DNA of 20,778 nucleotides, from contig NW_021823840.1 in assembly GCF_006345805.1 (NCBI RefSeq), forward strand, positions 1-20,778. Direction: 5' to 3'. Of the stretch, positions 18,589-20,778 are shown piece by piece; position 1 is the stretch's first letter, and each line of letters begins with the position of its first letter. A program made the position numbers and the translations under genes. Under the pieces are notes generated by a model. That model had not been told where the DNA came from and did not search any database. It was given only the letters and a program-made list of their open reading frames with translations. The DNA comes from Octopus sinensis (Eukaryota).

Positions 18589-18776
18589 GACAAAATACCG
18601 CTAAGCCTTTTTGCCCGTCTTAACGATTCTGAATTTAAATTCCACCAAGTTTAGCTTTCCCTTTCATCCACTCGGGGTCGATAAAATAAGTACCTGCTAG
18701 GTAATGTGGGTCGATGTAATCTACTGAACCCCTCTCTCGAAGTTGCTGCCTTTCTGCTAAAATTTGAAACCATTAT
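18589..18776 (+). mobile_element. SINE family A with inverted 5' head segment
   Basis: 18589-18631 is head sequence in reverse orientation; 18627-18776 is the body in forward orientation; TTCTG shared at the junction. Confidence 0.8.
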
Positions 18777-18792
18777 TTATAGCTGTAACAAA

Positions 18793-19408
18793 GGCAGCAA
18801 GCTGGTAAAATCGTTACCGCCCTGGACGAAATTCTAAGCAGCATTCCTTACGACATTTTATGTTCTGAGTTCAAATCCTAGTACAAGGCAGCAGAACCAG
18901 AGGCAGACCTCAGTTTGTGTGGATGGATGGAGTGAGGAAAGCTTTGGTGGTTAAAGGTGTTGAAGTGAGTGAGGCTAAAGAATTTATAAATGACAGGAAA
19001 GCTTGGAGAGTGTTTGTGGACGAATGTGTGAATTTTTGATGTTGCTCAAAGGGCTACGGAACCAGGATCATGCGGCAGAGATAGACCAGCATATGTCGTC
19101 AGGCCCCGCTGCTGATATCGGGGGTTGCGTCCTATACCTTGACCCGAGTAAAGAACGGGACTCGCTCCTTTGAGCTGTGAAATGAAAGGAATGCTTGGTG
19201 TAGATCTTGTTGTGGCTACCCACTCCTAAAAAATGGAGAATAGGCCTGGGTATATGTATATGTATGAGTTCAAATCCCCCAGAAATCAACTTTGCCTTTA
19301 ATTCCCTGTTGGGGCGATAAAATAAAGGACCAATCAAGTACTGGCGTCGATGTGGTCGACTTGCTCCCACTCCTCAGACATTGCAGATCTTGTATCATAA
19401 TTAGAAAG
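18793..19408 (+). mobile_element. SINE family A split by an RTE insertion
   Basis: Head 18793-18878; body resumes 19265-19408 (AACTTTGCCTTT...GGGGCGATAAAATAAAG...). Confidence 0.85.
18879..19264 (+). mobile_element. 5'-truncated RTE-clade LINE (C-terminal 52 codons plus 3' UTR) with 13-bp TSD
   Basis: 18881-19039 reads VQGSRTRGRPQFVWMDGVRKALVVKGVEVSEAKEFINDRKAWRVFVDECVNF* (RTE-type RGRP..W.D.V...DR..WR end); short (TATATG) tail; TGAGTTCAAATCC at 18866-18878 and 19265-19277. Confidence 0.88.
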
Positions 19409-19559
19409 ACTTACTCATAGCATCATCTGCTTCGAGTAGAACCGTTAAAAACGATTTATTCTATATCTCGAGCAGCTTCTAAAATACTTATGATGAAAAC
19501 AACATGCAGCTGCATCTTGTAGGAACAAATCTCTAAAATGAACGGAGAAATAGTAACAG

Positions 19560-19746
19560 AAACATCTGTCGTTGTAGTAGTATTTACAGAAGCGATGGCA
19601 GTAGTAGATGTTTTGGTGGTGGTGGTGGTGGAATGATGTTGTAGGGGTGATGTTGACAACGATGATGTCGACGACGACTATGAGGATGATGATGATTATA
19701 ATGATGATTATGATGATGATTATGAAGATGATTATGATGATTATGC

Positions 19747-19781
<35 letters not shown>

Positions 19782-20030
19782 GTGCCAAAGGTAAAGCTGT
19801 TCGTGTTCATTTTAATTGTTTTAAACAATGTTTTTTCGAACGTTAATGTTTATGTATATGTATGCATGTATGTAACGTATGTATGTATGTATATATGCAT
19901 GTATGTGTATATAAATAGATAGATAGATACAAACATACATACATACATACATACATACATACGCTCGCACACACGTATGTATACACACACGCACACAACA
20001 CACACATACATATATTTGCGCATGTGCCTG
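19560..20030. repeat. (GTA)/(GGT)/(GAT)n triplets followed by (TATG)/(GATA)/(CATA)/(CA) blocks
   Basis: Direct reading. Confidence 0.92.
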
Positions 20031-20149
20031 TGCGTATGTTGGTGTTAATGTGAATCTGTCGCTAACCTTCAAGGTCTTTGGTGAATTCACAGAAGGGGGC
20101 AGCAGGGATTTTGAATTTTATGTTGATAAATGACACACTTGTCATGAGC

Positions 20150-20315
20150 GACAGTGGATGTCGGTGGTGGTAGTCGTGGCGGTGATTATGTGTCTCTCGT
20201 AAAGGTGGTGGTTGTGGTGGTGCTATTAGCTGTGTTCGTGGTGATGGTAGTGTTGATGGTAGTGGCGACGACGACGACGACGACGACGATGATGATGATG
20301 ATGATGGCGGCGGCG
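20150..20315. repeat. Compound triplet repeat (GGT)/(GAC)/(GAT)/(GGC)
   Basis: Direct reading. Confidence 0.92.
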
Positions 20316-20499
20316 GCACAAGGTGTAGATGGAAATTTTGACGTTATATTGTGTTAAAGATTGTAGTTGTGATATTGCAATTACTGAATGCGTCATGTCT
20401 TGTTGTAGTCGCAGGGAGATGTAATTCATTTTGTAGTTGTTGAATGCCAGGCCAACCACATTTAAGCGGACATGGTCACAGCCTGTGTCCCCTGACAAT

Positions 20500-20738
20500 G
20501 TTGTATTAGTGGTTAGGGCGTTGAACTCACAATCATGGGATAGTGGGTTTGATTCTCGTACCGGGCCGTGTGTTGTGTTCTTGAGCAAGACACTTTATTT
20601 CACGTCGCTCCAGTTCACGCAGCTTCAGAAATGAGTTGCAACGTCATTGTTGCCAAGCTGTATCGACCTTTGCATTTCCCTTGGATAACATCAGTTGCAT
20701 GGAGAGGGGATGATTTCTGGTCTTCTATAAACAACCTA
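20500..20738 (+). mobile_element. Family C CORE-SINE (OR-like) with a third tail type, 3'-truncated
   Basis: TAGTGGTTAGGGCG...GTTTGATTC...TGTGTTCTTGAGCAAGACACTTTATTTCACG...AAATGAG, then GCCAAGCTGTATCGACCTTTGCATTTCCCTTGG. Confidence 0.85.
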
Positions 20739-20778
20739 GTATTTCTCATTCGCAAAATGAGCCCACTTTATTCTTGCT

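Noticed and set aside
1-20778. CRISPR array, rRNA, or Hox-cluster microRNAs (miR-10, miR-993)
   Set aside because: No regularly spaced repeat-spacer series, no rRNA-like sequence, and the mature miRNA sequences were not found by eye; eukaryotic context.

Overview
Eukaryotic, AT-rich, repeat-saturated non-coding DNA. It is most likely octopus (coleoid cephalopod) intronic or intergenic sequence, an inference from tRNA-derived SINEs resembling the octopus OR1/OR2 CORE-SINEs and the extreme microsatellite load. No intact protein-coding gene, rRNA, real tRNA or CRISPR array is supported; nearly all supplied ORFs are microsatellite or SINE artefacts. Contents: about 20 copies or fragments of three tRNA-SINE groups (my labels A, B, C); an internally deleted mariner (10712-11570); two RTE-clade LINE 3' fragments (14931-15420; 18879-19264, with a 13-bp TSD in a SINE B box); and Penelope-like (PLE) remnants. 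Two PLE remnants carry complete minimal type I hammerhead ribozyme folds (10426-10460 minus; 14796-14847 plus). There are three fold-back palindromes (4285-4416, 5264-5349, 16515-16785). Small unique islands between repeats carry clustered transcription-factor-like motifs (four-unit HSE at 473-492; Hox/TALE-type sites at 6256-6303, 13979-14061, 17402-17630), which suggests, as inference only, cis-regulatory DNA near a developmental gene. Coordinates were counted by hand and repeat boundaries are approximate. No database search or folding program was run.
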